Source of the DNA: Lama glama
Taxonomy: Eukaryota
Reading direction: 5' to 3'
DNA: 64,000 nt
Assembly: GCA_028534125.1 (NCBI GenBank)
Contig: CM052816.1
Span: forward strand, 64,358,001 to 64,422,000
The notes beneath the pieces were generated by a model. The model did not search any database. It saw only the letters and a list, made by a program, of their open reading frames with translations, and was not told the DNA's origin. Shown here piece by piece: positions 1 to 12,775 of this stretch. How positions within the stretch are numbered: the first letter of the stretch is position 1; every line of letters starts with the position of its first letter. A program made the translations under genes and the position numbers.

Positions 1-411
1 ATCTGCTGTCCTGATGTAATTAATTTATCCTTCATGAGATGGAGGTACTTAACTTTTCTTAGGGATGCATGCCTAATTTCATATAACTCTGAAATTACTT
101 CAGTTGTTTACATGGCAATCTTGTGTGATCCAAGCAACTCTACTGCTGTCATTTTAAGACCATCTGAAACATCTTAATAGTCTCCTTTTTTTTTTCCTTT
201 TCCTGTTGCTCATTTCCAAGTGGAAGGAATTCTTATGAGGTAACTGGGTGGTGGGGAGGGAGACAGTTTGCTTTAGCTCCTGCTAGTTATTCCATGTTAT
301 GCTTGAGTGGATTACTTGCATCTGGTCTCTATTTGTCAACATCAATGGGCTATGTTTGCATAACTAGATCGAATTATAAAAGGACTTCCATTTTGAATGG
401 TAACTCTCACC

Positions 412-467
412 AAAAAAAAAAAAAAGAAGAAGAAGAAGAAGAAGAAGAAGAAGAAGAAGAAAGAAAA
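412..467 (+). repeat. poly(A) followed by (GAA)12 microsatellite
   Basis: A-run 412-425, then GAA x12 at 426-461. Explains the K/E-run ORF 294..482. Confidence 0.95.
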
Positions 468-1629
468 CATGCCCTAAGCTAGAGATATCAGCCTTAGGAA
501 ACCTGTACTGGAGGAAAAAAAGAATCTCTTAAAGTTCATCACAAAGCCTTTCTGGTTTCAATTTCCCCTCTTCTTTTGAAATAAGATCCAGTACCCCAGC
601 CCTCCACCTAGAGTAAAGTAGCTGGGACTTGGCAGGAAGTGGTGTGGCAGACCACCCAGGAATTAGGGGTGTCTGATGTGGAAGGGAAAAGTTAAATGGA
701 AGTCTGAAGATGATGTCAAGTAGATGAGAATGAGTCATCAATACTCAGGCTCCTACTTCTCTCCAGTGAAGGTCCCTGTGCTGCAGCGTCCAGTTAATCA
801 TCCAGCTGGAAAGGGCTGGGCTCAGTCACTTTCTAGTCCATACCTCAGCCTCCAGGCCATGTACAACTAACCCTTTCGGAAGACCTCCAACGCTTTCAAG
901 TTCTTGAGAAACGTTCCTGCTCTATATACACCTCAGGCTGTCTTCTGTCAACACACCTCTTTTCCTTTCACTCACACACATTTCCTTTTCGCCATCTGAT
1001 GTGTGTTGTCCCTTCCAACAAACTGTGAAGCTCAGGAAGCCAAACACCAGGTCTTGTTCACCTGAGTGTCCCCCACACTCCTAAGTCAATACCTGGGACG
1101 AGAGTGGGGGTCAACTCAGTCCATGTTGCTTTACTACTTACTTAGTCTATAATCACTCTGGATCAAAGTTCTCTTTTTTAAATTGCAAGATCCAGGAGAG
1201 CAAGACCTCATTGAGTGAAAAGTGCAAGTGACTTCCTGCCGGAGTCAGCTTCGCTGGTAGATGAATGAAACCACCACATCTGGGGTGTGATTGGAGAGGT
1301 TTTAGGCACACCTTTCCACCCTCACCTTCTGAAATTCCACCTTTTCAGTTAAGGTTTTGATCTTAAGGTTAAAATACAAATTCCCCTAGGAGTAGTAATA
1401 TGATAAGTTATCTGTGGTTTAGAGCAGATAAAGGAACACATTAAACCTGGGGAAGGAGAGGAGATAGCAATGATGGGAGGGGAAGTCTGGGTGTCAGTTG
1501 GCCCCATTCACACCAAAAACTTTTCAATAATGTGTGATGGTGGTGTTGATATGAAGAATTATTCTCCTTCCAAAGGCCCAGCCCCAACACCTTATGTATT
1601 GACTAGAGTATGAATAAGGATGGGTGACA

Positions 1630-1795
1630 TTTAGAGAATGTGACAGACAGTGCTCTAAACACTTAACAAATAGTTACTCATTACAGTCCACAACTCCCCA
1701 GGAGGTTGGCCCTGTTCTTATTCCAGTTTACAGATGAGGAAACTGAGGCACAGAGGGTCCCAAAGTCACACAGACAGAAGATGGCAGACCCAGGA
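1630..1795 (-). mobile_element. MIR SINE
   Basis: Core tttacagatgaggaaactgaggcacagag...aaagtcacacag, the reverse complement of the MIR core. Confidence 0.85.
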
Positions 1796-4700
1796 AAAGA
1801 GTAAGAATGATTGACACTTTTAAATATTCAATCTTGCCTTTCTCATCCCTTTCTCATGTTCCCCATCTTTGTCTGATTTTCATCCTCCTCCCACACTTAT
1901 CAATAGACTTAATGGGTCCTAAATGTGGGAAACAAGCAGGCATCTAAGAAAGCAGAAACAGTATTCTGGGTGTGGATGAGTCCTTCCACAAGGAAGTGTT
2001 TTCAAAAAATGGCAACAAATATGCTGCCATTGATGACACTTTTAAAAATGTACGTTGTGAACCAATGCTTTAAAAGTACCCAGGGATTTTTCTAAATTAC
2101 AAAATGCCCATTGGAGAGCCCCCACCTCCAACACACACACACATACACTCAACAAAACAGAGATACTAACCATGGCAACATTTACATCACTTTATACACG
2201 CATAAGGAGCATAGCTTTCCTGAGAGATGGCACCCTGCATCTGTGTTATGTATATGCTATTTATAAGACATATATAAACTTAAACACACATGGGACTCAT
2301 CTAACAACTTCTTTTCCTTGAGGAGGATGAGTTGAGAAAGTTCATCTTGTGCATCAGACTAGAGAAGATAGATTCCTTATTCATCTTTAGGTTGGAAAAA
2401 TAAAACAAGAATTGGCTCCCTGGAACCAGAAGTGATTGCCCAATAACTAGAAGGAGACTAAACAAAAGGAAAGAAGCAGATAAACAGCAGAGTGGGGGGC
2501 GGGTGGGGCCATGATTTGCTCCCCATAGATGCTCATGTTTGCAGGATTTTGGTCAAAGGAAGGGTGTGGGATTTGAAATGGGATTGCCTGGAGGATACCC
2601 TCACATGTTGCTCATGGGGCAACATGACTGGGACACCCACACCCCTGCTGACCTCAGAGAATGAACTCCAGGGACAACCCTGCCGCCAAGGGAAGCTAGT
2701 GCTTCAGCAGGTGTGGCCCAGCTGAATGGCACTATCTTTAGGGGCGGAGGCTACTGAGATTTGTTTGTGAGGGCAGCACTGCTCCAAGGTTCTGCTGGGT
2801 CCTTCCTGCGAACGGCTCCTTCCGCATCAGCATCAGAGGCCAAACATCTGTGCTTTCACCCTAAGCTCCACAACTTTCCTTATGAACCTGAGGTGGGCTC
2901 GCAGGTTGTGTGACTTTAAAACTTTTGAATAATCTTCACAAAGTTCGTATCAAAGAAATGGCTCTTTGAAGCTTCAAGAATTATCTTTTATAATTTGGAG
3001 GCTTTGGATTAATTTCTATGACAAACTGTACACAGTATTTCCCAAATTGAGTCTTTCCTTTTACTCTTACCACTGGAGGCCACATTTCATGTTCTTTTAG
3101 ATAGGTAGTGTAGGTTCAACTCATTGAGATTTTTGGAGGCTTGTAACTACCAATAAAGCACTGATAATTAGTGTGCGTTACTCTTGCACTAGTAAAACAC
3201 AAGTAGTATATTTTTTACTTTGAAAGAAATTTTACTTTCATCATGACCTTGGATAGCAGGACTATCCCATGCTACAAAAATTACTGATAGCTGCCTAGTT
3301 GGGTATCCTTTGTTTCCTGCCATCCATGCTTAAAATTACACACAGTAAGGATTCCACCAGCCCCAATACATCCATAGTTAACAGGAGGTGGAGGAGTTCT
3401 CTTTCATTCTGAAAGGAAAGGGATTTTTTTTTTTTGAGAATGATGGAACCCACATTTGGTAATAAGCTCACTATGTAATGGGTTCAGATATCAACCTTTA
3501 GTTCTTCTTTATTTAAAAAAAAGGGGTGGGGGAACCCCTAAGGGATGGGGCAAGGAGAATCTAATTGTTCACACCTACTCTGGAGAACTTTTGAACATCC
3601 CATGAAGTCTTATTATTAGGTCTGTGTCAGAATGTCAGCTTCTTTCTTCGGCATCTTTAATTACTGATTTGTTTCTTTTTTAAAGTACTATGTTTAGGTT
3701 TTCAGTCCTTATTAAAACCTTTTCCTGGGGAAGGCTTTGTGTCTCTAGCGTAGTTGCTGCTGACTGACGCTGCAGCTCTTCCTGTCTCTAACCTGGGCAT
3801 TCCAGTCACAACCATGTTCCCCTGGCGAGCTCAGAGTTCTATCTCAGGGAACACTGTGGCAAGGGCAGGGACAATTTAAAAGCCCTATCTCATGGGAACA
3901 GTTTTTTCATGCTTGGAGTTTGAAGCAAGCAGTTTCCTTCATTGGAGGAATTATGACCAGCCTTTGTCTCTCACTTAAGATATTGCTGTTAGCACACTTC
4001 ATGTTCAATACCGCCTTGAGCACACAAATACTCAAGGCCTTGAGGAAACCCTGCCATGCACCGAGGCAGTGTTGAGGAGGTGGGTGGGCCAGCCAGGGCA
4101 TTTGGCTCAAGTTGAGGGGATCCCAGATTGTGTCTGCTGTTCCATAGCAAATCTGTGTAGGAAAGCAGAGAAGGTATCACCATCATGTGGATGCTAAATT
4201 AAATCCATCAAACTCTCAGCTCTTACGAAATCTGCAGGAGTGAGGGGCCTTAAAATCTGTAAGCTCCTCTGTCCCTTCAGAGGCTCTTACACGGCCCAAA
4301 TACCCGTTGATGCAGTAATACTTTACCAATTCTTACCATCAGGACTGGATAGAATTTTGTTATATCAGCAGTTGTCAGTCAACAAACCTCTCTCTTGTTG
4401 GTAAAGTGTATCGAGGGCCATGATAATACCAGGAATGACTATTAAGTGTCCCAACAGCAAAGGAGGTCAACTGGGAAGACCCGGGGTGGGTGTAGAAGCA
4501 GTGAGGCTGGAAGAAGGAGGGTGGACAGATGAGACATGGCTGATCCCTGGCAGGATTCTGCACTACCTCAAGGGGAGAGCCCAGCTCTGGCTCTGGAAAG
4601 AACTGCTCTCTGCACTTGCAAGCAGAGGCAGGGCACACAGGAGCGGCCCTGGGAGGGAGCTCAGGCAAATGTGAAACTCAAGCCCTGAAAGCTAAGCCCC

Positions 4701-5394
4701 AAATCCAAATATGCTGTTACGCAAAGCGTTCGTAGATTGGCTCGCACTTGATTATCGTATGAGGTTACTTGTTGGCATGTGCTGAGTAATTCCCTGGCAT
4801 GCCCATGGCTTGTCAGTGGCATTCCTTCTTGAGTCACAACTGGCCCAACAGCCTGGCTCAGGGAGCAGGGGCCAGCGCTGTCCAAGAGGCTATCTCTTCC
4901 ATGAAACCTACAGCCCGCAGTCCTGACTTGCTGATGTCACCATGCCTCCTTTTCCATCCTCAAAGATGAGTTGGTATGCATTTCTAGTCAGTGTTTGACA
5001 GACTTGAGGAAACATTTAGGGGGGCTGCACATAACTGTTGAAGTGAGGAATATTTGTCTGTCATCAGTTGGATGAGAAAAGTTAAAATCCCTGCCAGGAT
5101 TTTGGAGGCCTAGGGAGATGGCATTTCTCACAGGAGCAACGTTAGGCCAATTACAACGCTCAGCATTTTCCCAACACTCTGGGTTCAGAGCTCTTTGTGA
5201 TCCGTTTGTTTCTTTAGCTGAGTTTCTTAAACACACACCACCCCTTGTGGAGCTCTCTGGGCCTCCACCCAAAAGCTAAAGGATACAAAAAGCAAGAAGA
5301 AAGACCAAGCGGCCGGCTCGACCCAAAGAGCGAAACCGAGCCAAACATTGCAGCGATTCATTATTCTCCGAAAGTCTGTCAATACTTACAATGG

Positions 5395-5750
5395 GGGGAA
5401 ACGAAGAACAGCCAAAATGTTCAGCAATAGAAGACTGGCCACATACAATATGGAAAAAAATAAGCAAGCCATTAGAACCATGCTGTGGATCATAGAAGAA
5501 ACCTTAATGACATGGAAACCTACAAACAGTATGTGGTTAAGCGAAGCTCATTATAAGACATCATGGACAATATGATTATGCTTTGTAAATACGTAAGTGT
5601 ATTTCTACATGGTATATACATATAGAAAAAAGACTGAAAGAATATAAATTAACATAGCAATATTTCTAGGTTGGGGTGGATTATAAGGGACTTCTCTCAC
5701 TCTTTTTTTTGCCGAATTGCCTATAACGAACATGTTTTAATTCTGTTTAC
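5395..5750 (+). mobile_element. Ancient L1M (L1MC/ME-like) 3' fragment
   Basis: aacagccaaaatgttcagcaatagaagactgg...gccattag...aaaaagactgaaagaatata resembles an old L1 3' UTR. Confidence 0.55.
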
Positions 5751-6404
5751 ATCTTTGTTATTATTACTGTGTTGATTATCAAATAAAACATGCTTACAGC
5801 GTAATGTTCAAACAATATAGACATGTTTAAAGTCCAAAGTAAAATTTCTCTTACTCCTGCCCAAGAGATAATCCTTGCATATACAAATCTACATTTAAAA
5901 ATTATTCTAGGATGTTTATGCAATAGAATTACACATAGGTCTTCAAGTTGCCTTTTTTTTTTTTACTTAAAGTATCTGGGACATCTTCCCTGGTGTGTGT
6001 GAGCACTTTTCTTTTTTCCTCTTTAAGTTGATCAACGAGGGCCCTGGAAGGCTGGCAGGGAATGGGAGCGACAGGCACAAGCCCCCAGATTGAGGGTCTC
6101 CCCTTTCCTGCTGTAGACAGGCAGGGGCATGAATGGGCACTGAGGTCCCAAGATTTCAGAGCTGAAAAGGACTTTTAAAAAGACTTATTTTAACCCATTC
6201 CTTAAGTGATGAAGAGATGAAGGTCCGGGGACCAGAATTCAAGTCTTCTAACCCTGTGTCCAACTACTTTTATTATACCATACTGCATAGTATAAAATAG
6301 ATAGTAATAAGTACTTTTTAAAGAGCTCATATCTTGCTAACCTTTTGTTTCAGATCTTAACATCCCTTAAGGGATCTCGGAAGGTTAACATTACCATTTT
6401 ACAA

Positions 6405-6660
6405 ATGATAATACTAGCCAACCCTTGCTGGGCACTGTATGCCAGGTTCTAAACTAGGCTATTTGCCTATACTGCCTCATACAGTTCTCACAAGGACTCT
6501 TAGAGGGCGAACCTATTATTATACCCATTTTACAGATAAAAAAATAAGGCTCAGAGAGATTGAGTAACTCGTCAAACGTCCCACAGCTACAACATGACAG
6601 AACCAAGACTTGAAACTATGTCTAGCCCCAGAGTCCCTATTTTTAAATGTTACACTCTAT
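6405..6660 (-). mobile_element. MIR SINE, near full length
   Basis: cccattttacagataaaaaaataaggctcagagagattgagtaactc. Confidence 0.85.
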
Positions 6661-7689
6661 TTCTTACAAGCTTAGCACATTAAGTTTTCACGAAAAAACA
6701 CACTTCGATTACTCTTTCCCTTTCCCCTCTGTTGTTATCCAGTCCTCCTCATACAAAGTAAAATAGGAATGACATTAGAGAATGCAGTTTGGTGTCAGGC
6801 AGGGTTCAGGGGCCCCACTCAGTGTTCAGGACTCTGTGCCAAACACTGGGGTGAAAACAAAACAAAATAAAACACCCAGTCCAACCACAGCTATTCTCAC
6901 AGTTGGCAAAGGAGTCGCCTGGCACTTTCCCTCTAGGGATCCTGTATATCCCATACGAGGTGGTAAACTGCTTGCTCCCCAGGGATTTTCATCTCTTATG
7001 TAATCGTGCACTCGCTTCAACTCAGCCAACACGTTTGCACTTGTAGGTAAAGCTGATCTTTTTTCAATTAGACGCACAATACACACTGAGTCATGTGTAG
7101 AAGGCCCGTACAATGTTTTCGTTGTGAGCAGCGCCCCAAGGGCCTCATCTTACAATCCTCATGTGTGCGTCACCCCCACGGAGAAACAACCTGCCTGATG
7201 TTCCTGCCTGTGGCCATCGTGCAGAGGCGCAGGGGCTGGGTTGTCCCTGAGCTGCCACTTCACCCACCCAACGCTGGCTCTCCATAAGCAGGTGGCTCAG
7301 GACTTCCCTGGACACTTATACTACAGCCTTCTTTATAATACGTTTGACTTCTCTTTCTTTTCACCTCTAGTGCCGCCCTTTCTCTGCCCCCTGTGCTTCT
7401 GTTCAGTCTCTCTGCTTTCTCTGTGTTCTGATTTGTTTCCCCTTCTTGTGTCCTGGAAAGCGGCACTAGCTCCACTACATTCCATAAAGCACAGAGCTGC
7501 TCCCCTTTTCCTCTCTTCCATACTCCCCAGAGCCTCTTCCATACTCTACCCGACCCTCACCACCCCCAGCATCATCTCACCTCCTTTCACCACCAGCCTC
7601 TCTTCGTCACTATTATATCCATTCTCAACAAACAGGCTGGAGGCTCCAACCTGAACATGGAGACTACATCGAAAAGATTCAGTGCGTTG

Positions 7690-8040
7690 GTGCCAGGGCC
7701 CTGGCTGCTTGGGTAAACCTCTCAGCTCTGCTATTCAAGGAAGTCACCTAGCCTCTCTAAATCATTTGTTCACTGTATGTCAGATGGGGATAATGAAAGT
7801 CCCGACTTCTTAGAATTGTTGGGAGCCCTCCAGAGCTGCAGAGTTTGGGTTCCAGACCTGTATGCCCTACTAGATGGGTGATCTCGGCTAAGACACTAAG
7901 CTTCTCTCTGCCTCAGTGTCCTTGCTTATGATATGAGAGTGGTAATAATAGGACCTATGTTATTGGCATATTGGGAACATTAGCTAATAAACATAAAAAC
8001 ACCTGGAATAGTGCCTGGTACACAGGAGCCTTCCCCCAAA
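7690..8040 (+). mobile_element. Two adjacent MIR fragments
   Basis: agtcacctagcctctct...atggggataatgaaagt and ctctctgcctcagtgtcctt...agtgcctggtacacagga. Confidence 0.7.
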
Positions 8041-9336
8041 GTTGCCCATCATGACATTTATTCATGGATGTAAGATGCTTGGAATAGCTGGAGACACTCA
8101 AGAGGTGGTGGAGCTTTGCTCCTCTCGCTCTCTGCTCTTTGGCTGCCCCGCTCCTGGGAAGCCTGATCACGACCATTCTATCCAGAAGTCTGTTTTCATA
8201 AGAACTCTCCCTGCCCCTCTGCACCAAGTGGGACCAAGTGGTGGAAAAGCCCAGTTTATGGACATGCAACTAAATTCTCTCTTTAAATGAGAAACTGTAT
8301 ATAAAGAGCTTAGAGCAGGGCTTGGGGCCCCATACATTATAACTCTTGTTTGTCTTATTCTTCTAAGACTGATCTAGTCACATTACAGAAAGCTTAGAAG
8401 AGAAAGAAAAGGGGGCAAAGCCTCTTTCTTTAAGTTCACCACCCATGATCATTTTGTACTCTCATATTTTAATACACTACAAGAACTCATACTTCAAAGG
8501 AATCCTACTAAGAATAATTTCAGAAAGTGAAGATTCTTTCTTTTATTATTAATACTTGTATTAATAATATAAGGACTATTACTATTTCTTGTCTGATTAA
8601 TCTCTTCAAGATCGCAAGAAAAGGACGTGCCTAGATTCTGTTTGGCGATGTGAGGAAGCCCAGAGTATCATTTCCTCTAGCGATCTCCAGGTCAGAACAC
8701 TCTCAGCACCCCTTGGAGGATATTCTGAGCATCAGTGTCTTTCGTCTTCCTATTTCCCAAGAGAGAAACGGATAGGATTCACTTGTCATCAGCTTACTCA
8801 GAGGACAGACTATAGCACCAGATCGCCCCAGAAATACTTGAGTTCACTTTTCTCAGAGGTGAGCCATGGGGGTGGGTTGTTGATTATACATATATGAAGG
8901 TTAAGGCTCATAAATCCCTTTTTTTGAAAAATAAGTCACTTTGGTTTACCTTTGGTAGGAGCTCAGTTTTCTACGGTAGGTTCACTTGAAGTGTGGGGCA
9001 CTGGGGTAGCTCCTCTGACTAGTGGGGACTTTATATTCTGTGCATTCACCACCCCTTCTCCATCCACACTAAAATATTCTTCATACAGAGCCACTTAGAG
9101 ATTGTATTTCATAGGAAGAGAATATGAGTATGAATGACTAAGAAAAGCTTTCAGTTTGGAAAAATAATTGAAACTCCTTAGGGTGGAATGTCCTAAAGGG
9201 CAGGGGAACTCTACAACAGCAATAAAATCATCAGCTTTTAATAATAAGCTACATTTTTACGGTACTTAGTCATTTGCAAAGCATTTTTTTATAGTCATTA
9301 TGTATTTGCTCATTCGTTTACTTATTCTTTCAACAC

Positions 9337-9611
9337 CAGGACCACATTATGACTTTTGTGGGCCCTAGTCACTTTCAATTTCTTGGGCCCCTTCCTCCAT
9401 TAAAAAAATTACATTAAGAGTTTAATAGATTTTTGTGGGCCCTAAAAAAATTTTTTTCCTTATATGAGGAAAAATTAGAATGCTGTTTGTACTTTGATAG
9501 CTCTTTTTTTTTCTGATTTTAAGAGAAACTAAAACATTTTCATGGACCCCTAAAAGGTATTGTAGGCCCTGATCACAGTGCATACTGTGCCCACTGGAGA
9601 AATCAGCCTTG
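9337..9611 (+). mobile_element. MER96B-like hAT MITE inserted in an L2 3' end
   Basis: caggaccacattatgacttttgtgggccctag...gggccccttcctccat...gtaggccctg...actgtgccc...cagccttg matches the recalled MER96B consensus. Flanks (9305-9336, 9612-9820) are L2-like. Confidence 0.75.
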
Positions 9612-10409
9612 CACCAGGAATGAGCTGGGGTTAGAGATACAAAGATGAACCAACAGGCTGCTGCCCTAAGGAGCTCAGGAAACAAGCAATGAAGATGCTC
9701 TGCAACCCAGGCTGAGACCGAGCACTGGCAGCAGTCCAACAAGAGTATAGAGGGGCCAGCGTCTAACTCTGAGCAGAGTGGGAGGGTGGTTTTGTGGAGG
9801 AAGCATCGCTTGAAAGACTTTTTAGGCCAGCATTTTTCAGCAATTTTGTGTTGAAGGCCCAGTTTCAAATTTTAGAATTTCTGGCGGGCCACTTGAACAA
9901 TTGAGACATGAACAGTGGGCCAAAGAAGCAAGTTTCAAAGAACTGCTATTAATCACAGTATATGGGGATATACATACATTTACAACCTGATCAATACACA
10001 GGATCTATCTTTGCTGCAAGCACTGGGACATACGGCTACCTCTGTGTCAGAAGACTGCGCCAAGCTGAGCGGCTGCTGTGGCGCTGGATGAAGTGGATAC
10101 AACAGGTTGAGGGGGCCAGAGGGTCAGGGAGAAGCTCAGAGTCTCTAGCTGGTTCCACAGGGAGACCACGTGTTCACTGGGACGTGAAAACCCTTTCCCC
10201 CTCAATTATATAAACCACCACAGTCAAAGCAAAACATAATTCTTCTTGGTGCTAAAGAACAACCAAATGAACCAGGTAATGGTAACATTTAGACTTATAT
10301 GGAAAAAAAAATTTAAGACAGTGATCAAAATTTGGCAACACCATTAGTTGCAAGGTGTTCAAGATACACCAGCTGCCGAGCTCCAGGAGTAGAATCTACC
10401 ACCCTCAGG

Positions 10410-10625
10410 ATAACAATGGCCAACACCTAGGATGTCCCCAGGACCATTCTGAGAACTTTATATTTGCTTTTGCTCTTCATCACAACCCTACTATGTGAGC
10501 ATTACTATTATCCTCGTTTTAAAAATGAGGAAAGTGAGACAAGGAAACTTTAGACAACCTGCCGCACTAAGTGGCAGAGCTGAGATTTGAACGCACACTC
10601 TCCGATTTGTTCTCTCCATCACTGC
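10410..10625 (-). mobile_element. MIR SINE
   Basis: cacaaccctactatgtgagcattactattatcctcgttttaaaaatgaggaaagtgag...agtggcagagctgagatttgaac. Confidence 0.8.
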
Positions 10626-10689
10626 CCTTCAGCATTTGTGTGACGCGTCTGGTACCATGGTCCTGTGTCTGACCTCTACTGTCTCTGCT

Positions 10690-11320
10690 CAGCCTTACAC
10701 AGGAGACACTTGACAGCCCCTCAACAGAGGTTTCTGATCCAGCCCTGCAGAGTGTGATGGGAACCCATTCAGCCCCACATGGGCAACACAGAAAGCCTTC
10801 GACAAGTTATGACCTATGGGGAACGTTAACTTTGACCACTGGCGATGGGGAATGATAATACTGGCTCAATCCCAAGATGGATTTCATACTACTTCTTAGT
10901 CCTATGATATCCAGCAGTTGGTAGCAGGGCCAAGGTTGTCAGATACAATACAGAATGCAGTTCACTTAGAATTTCAGACTAACAACAAAGACTTTTTTTA
11001 CTAGAAGCATGTCCCAAATATTGCATGGTACATACTTACAGTAAAAAAATTCTTTGTTGTTGAATTTGGAATTTTTGTTGTTGGAATTTGTTTGGAATTT
11101 TGTTCTGGAATTTGAAGTTCACTGGGTGTTTTATACTATTTGGTTAAAAATGACCACCCTTAGCAGTAGCCACCTCGGTGATGCATGATCACACAGGCCT
11201 GCTTCCTTCCCTGCTTGGCTCCCCTGTCTCATGTCCAGCATCCTGAAATCTCATGCACAATAAATAACTTGCAGAGAAGCCTTTGTCTCAGCCCCAGCTT
11301 TCTGGGAAGCTAGACTACGA
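10690..11320 (+). mobile_element. LTR16-like ERVL solo LTR split by MER53
   Basis: The 3' end aataaataacttgcagagaagcctttgtctcagccccagctttctgggaagctagactacgac is typical of the LTR16 family. Confidence 0.55.
10933..11161. mobile_element. MER53 palindromic hAT MITE
   Basis: ggttgtcagatacaatacag...aagcatgtcccaaatattgcatggtacatactta...accaccct, with the central palindrome of MER53. Confidence 0.8.
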
Positions 11321-11389
11321 CCCAATTGGGTAAGGATTTTGCCCGGCAGATGAGGGAGCCACAAAGCTCACAGCCATCATGGGAGACAG

Positions 11390-11480
11390 GCACTGCTATC
11401 ACCATCACGATGCTCCAATTACAAATAAGGAAACTGAGGCTCAGGGAGGTCCATCCATTTGCCAGGATTCACACTCAGCT
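11390..11480 (-). mobile_element. MIR core fragment
   Basis: attacaaataaggaaactgaggctcagggagg. Confidence 0.7.
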
Positions 11481-12430
11481 GTTTTAGCTCCACCAGCCTC
11501 TTACTAGAAAAGGAGTGTTCCAGATCATTCCTGAGAGAGATGGAAGCATTACTTAAATGAGCATTAACTGGTTTAGATAATCACTGATTCATTTAATAAT
11601 CACCTCCATTTGTTGAAAGAAACTCTCTTGTCTTCACACAAAGGAATATAGTGACATACACACTGAGAGAATCCATCTCTGAGTAGATGTAACAAGATGT
11701 CCAGTTTCTTCTGTTTCACACTAGTTGAAACCATCAAAGTCAAAGCATGAAGTTATCAACCTCAGCTCTTCACAACAAACCAGCAGCAAATTATTATTTC
11801 TATATATAACTAAATATTATGTGTTCATTCTAAAAGTGATGACTGATTATAGAGAGACAAATTCAGAATGCCTTGAAGTTATACTTGCCTTTGCACCACA
11901 TCAGACATTTGGTTTCCTTTCCCAGTAGCACTTCCCTGTAGGTTAACCTCTTTAAAAGCTAAATATATATATATACAAATTGTCTTTGGGGACATTAGAG
12001 AAAAACAGCAAACATTAGCGAACACTGGCGCCAAAGCACTTGCACCCAGTAGGTTTACACAGGAACAAAACCTTGCAAATTTTCAAAAAACAAAGCCAAA
12101 CCTTGGCAGCAAATAAGCCTAAAATGAGAAAGAAGGTGCTCTTTTCTACATAAACTCCATGAAACAAAACTTTTTTTTTGGTTCCTCTTTGCTGGAATCT
12201 TCATTATGAAGGAAGCTACAAGGAATGAACCATCTTGTAGGGGCGAGAAAAATCTTTCTCCACGGTGTTGCTGGAGTCACTCGTGGAGTCAGCCGCCTCT
12301 GCAGCTCCGTCCAGTGAGGCTTTTCTTCACAGCATCCCAGGGAAGCAGATGGATTGGCTGGCTGGCTGGCTCTGGTTACCTATGGCTGCCAGCCCAGTCC
12401 CCTGGGCATGTCAAAGACCCACCTTCCACC

Positions 12431-12456
12431 TGGCCCATGACCTCTGACCTTGGCCC
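12431..12456 (-). promoter_or_regulatory. Nuclear-receptor half-site array containing a perfect DR1
   Basis: Plus strand TGGCCC-A-TGACCT-C-TGACCT-TGGCCC. Minus strand contains AGGTCA-G-AGGTCA and CCAAGGTCA. Motif only; function untested. Confidence 0.45.
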
Positions 12457-12704
12457 CGTGGCAACCACAGGAATAGAAGAGGCAGGGGGGTGTAGGTATC
12501 AGGCTGCCTGGGCCCAGGCCACAAACGAAAGAGTCAGTTGTTTCCACTCCTCATGCTCACTCGTGAAATCCTGAGAGCTGCAGAACTGGTATTTCTCCAA
12601 ATCCCGGCTGCTCACGTGGCTGTGTAGATAAGCTGTACCTCCAGCTGTATATGTGTGCTGGAGGAGAGGCGGTGGTCTGGCTTCCAGGCTCAGGTCTGCC
12701 GCAG

Positions 12705-12775
12705 ACTCACTCTGGGACTTCAGGGAGCCCTTTGCCTCTCAGGAGCCTCAGTTTTCTTATCTGTGAAATGGGACA
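12705..12775 (+). mobile_element. MIR core fragment
   Basis: gagcctcagttttcttatctgtgaaatggg. Confidence 0.7.

Noticed and set aside
294..482. Poly-K/poly-E protein
   Set aside because: Translation of the A/(GAA)n microsatellite.
3065..3150. Minus-strand exon ending at GTG|GTAAGA
   Set aside because: Weak acceptor and stops in all three frames; no other support.
6337..6390. 30-nt plus-strand exon (ILTSLKGSRK) containing the 14-bp palindrome atcccttaagggat
   Set aside because: Donor GTTAAC is weak, the branch point is very close to the AG, and the segment resembles a degenerate MIR piece.
7241..7654. 137-aa hydrophobic, membrane-like ORF
   Set aside because: Artefact of a pyrimidine-rich low-complexity tract. 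The same applies to 37406-37921, 49827-50231 and 63035-63376, the last two being antisense L1.
11060..11115. CRISPR-like or spaced repeat array (also aataagtgaaa x3 at about 63812-63850)
   Set aside because: Short degenerate slippage repeats within transposon relics; no unique spacers, no cas genes, eukaryotic context.
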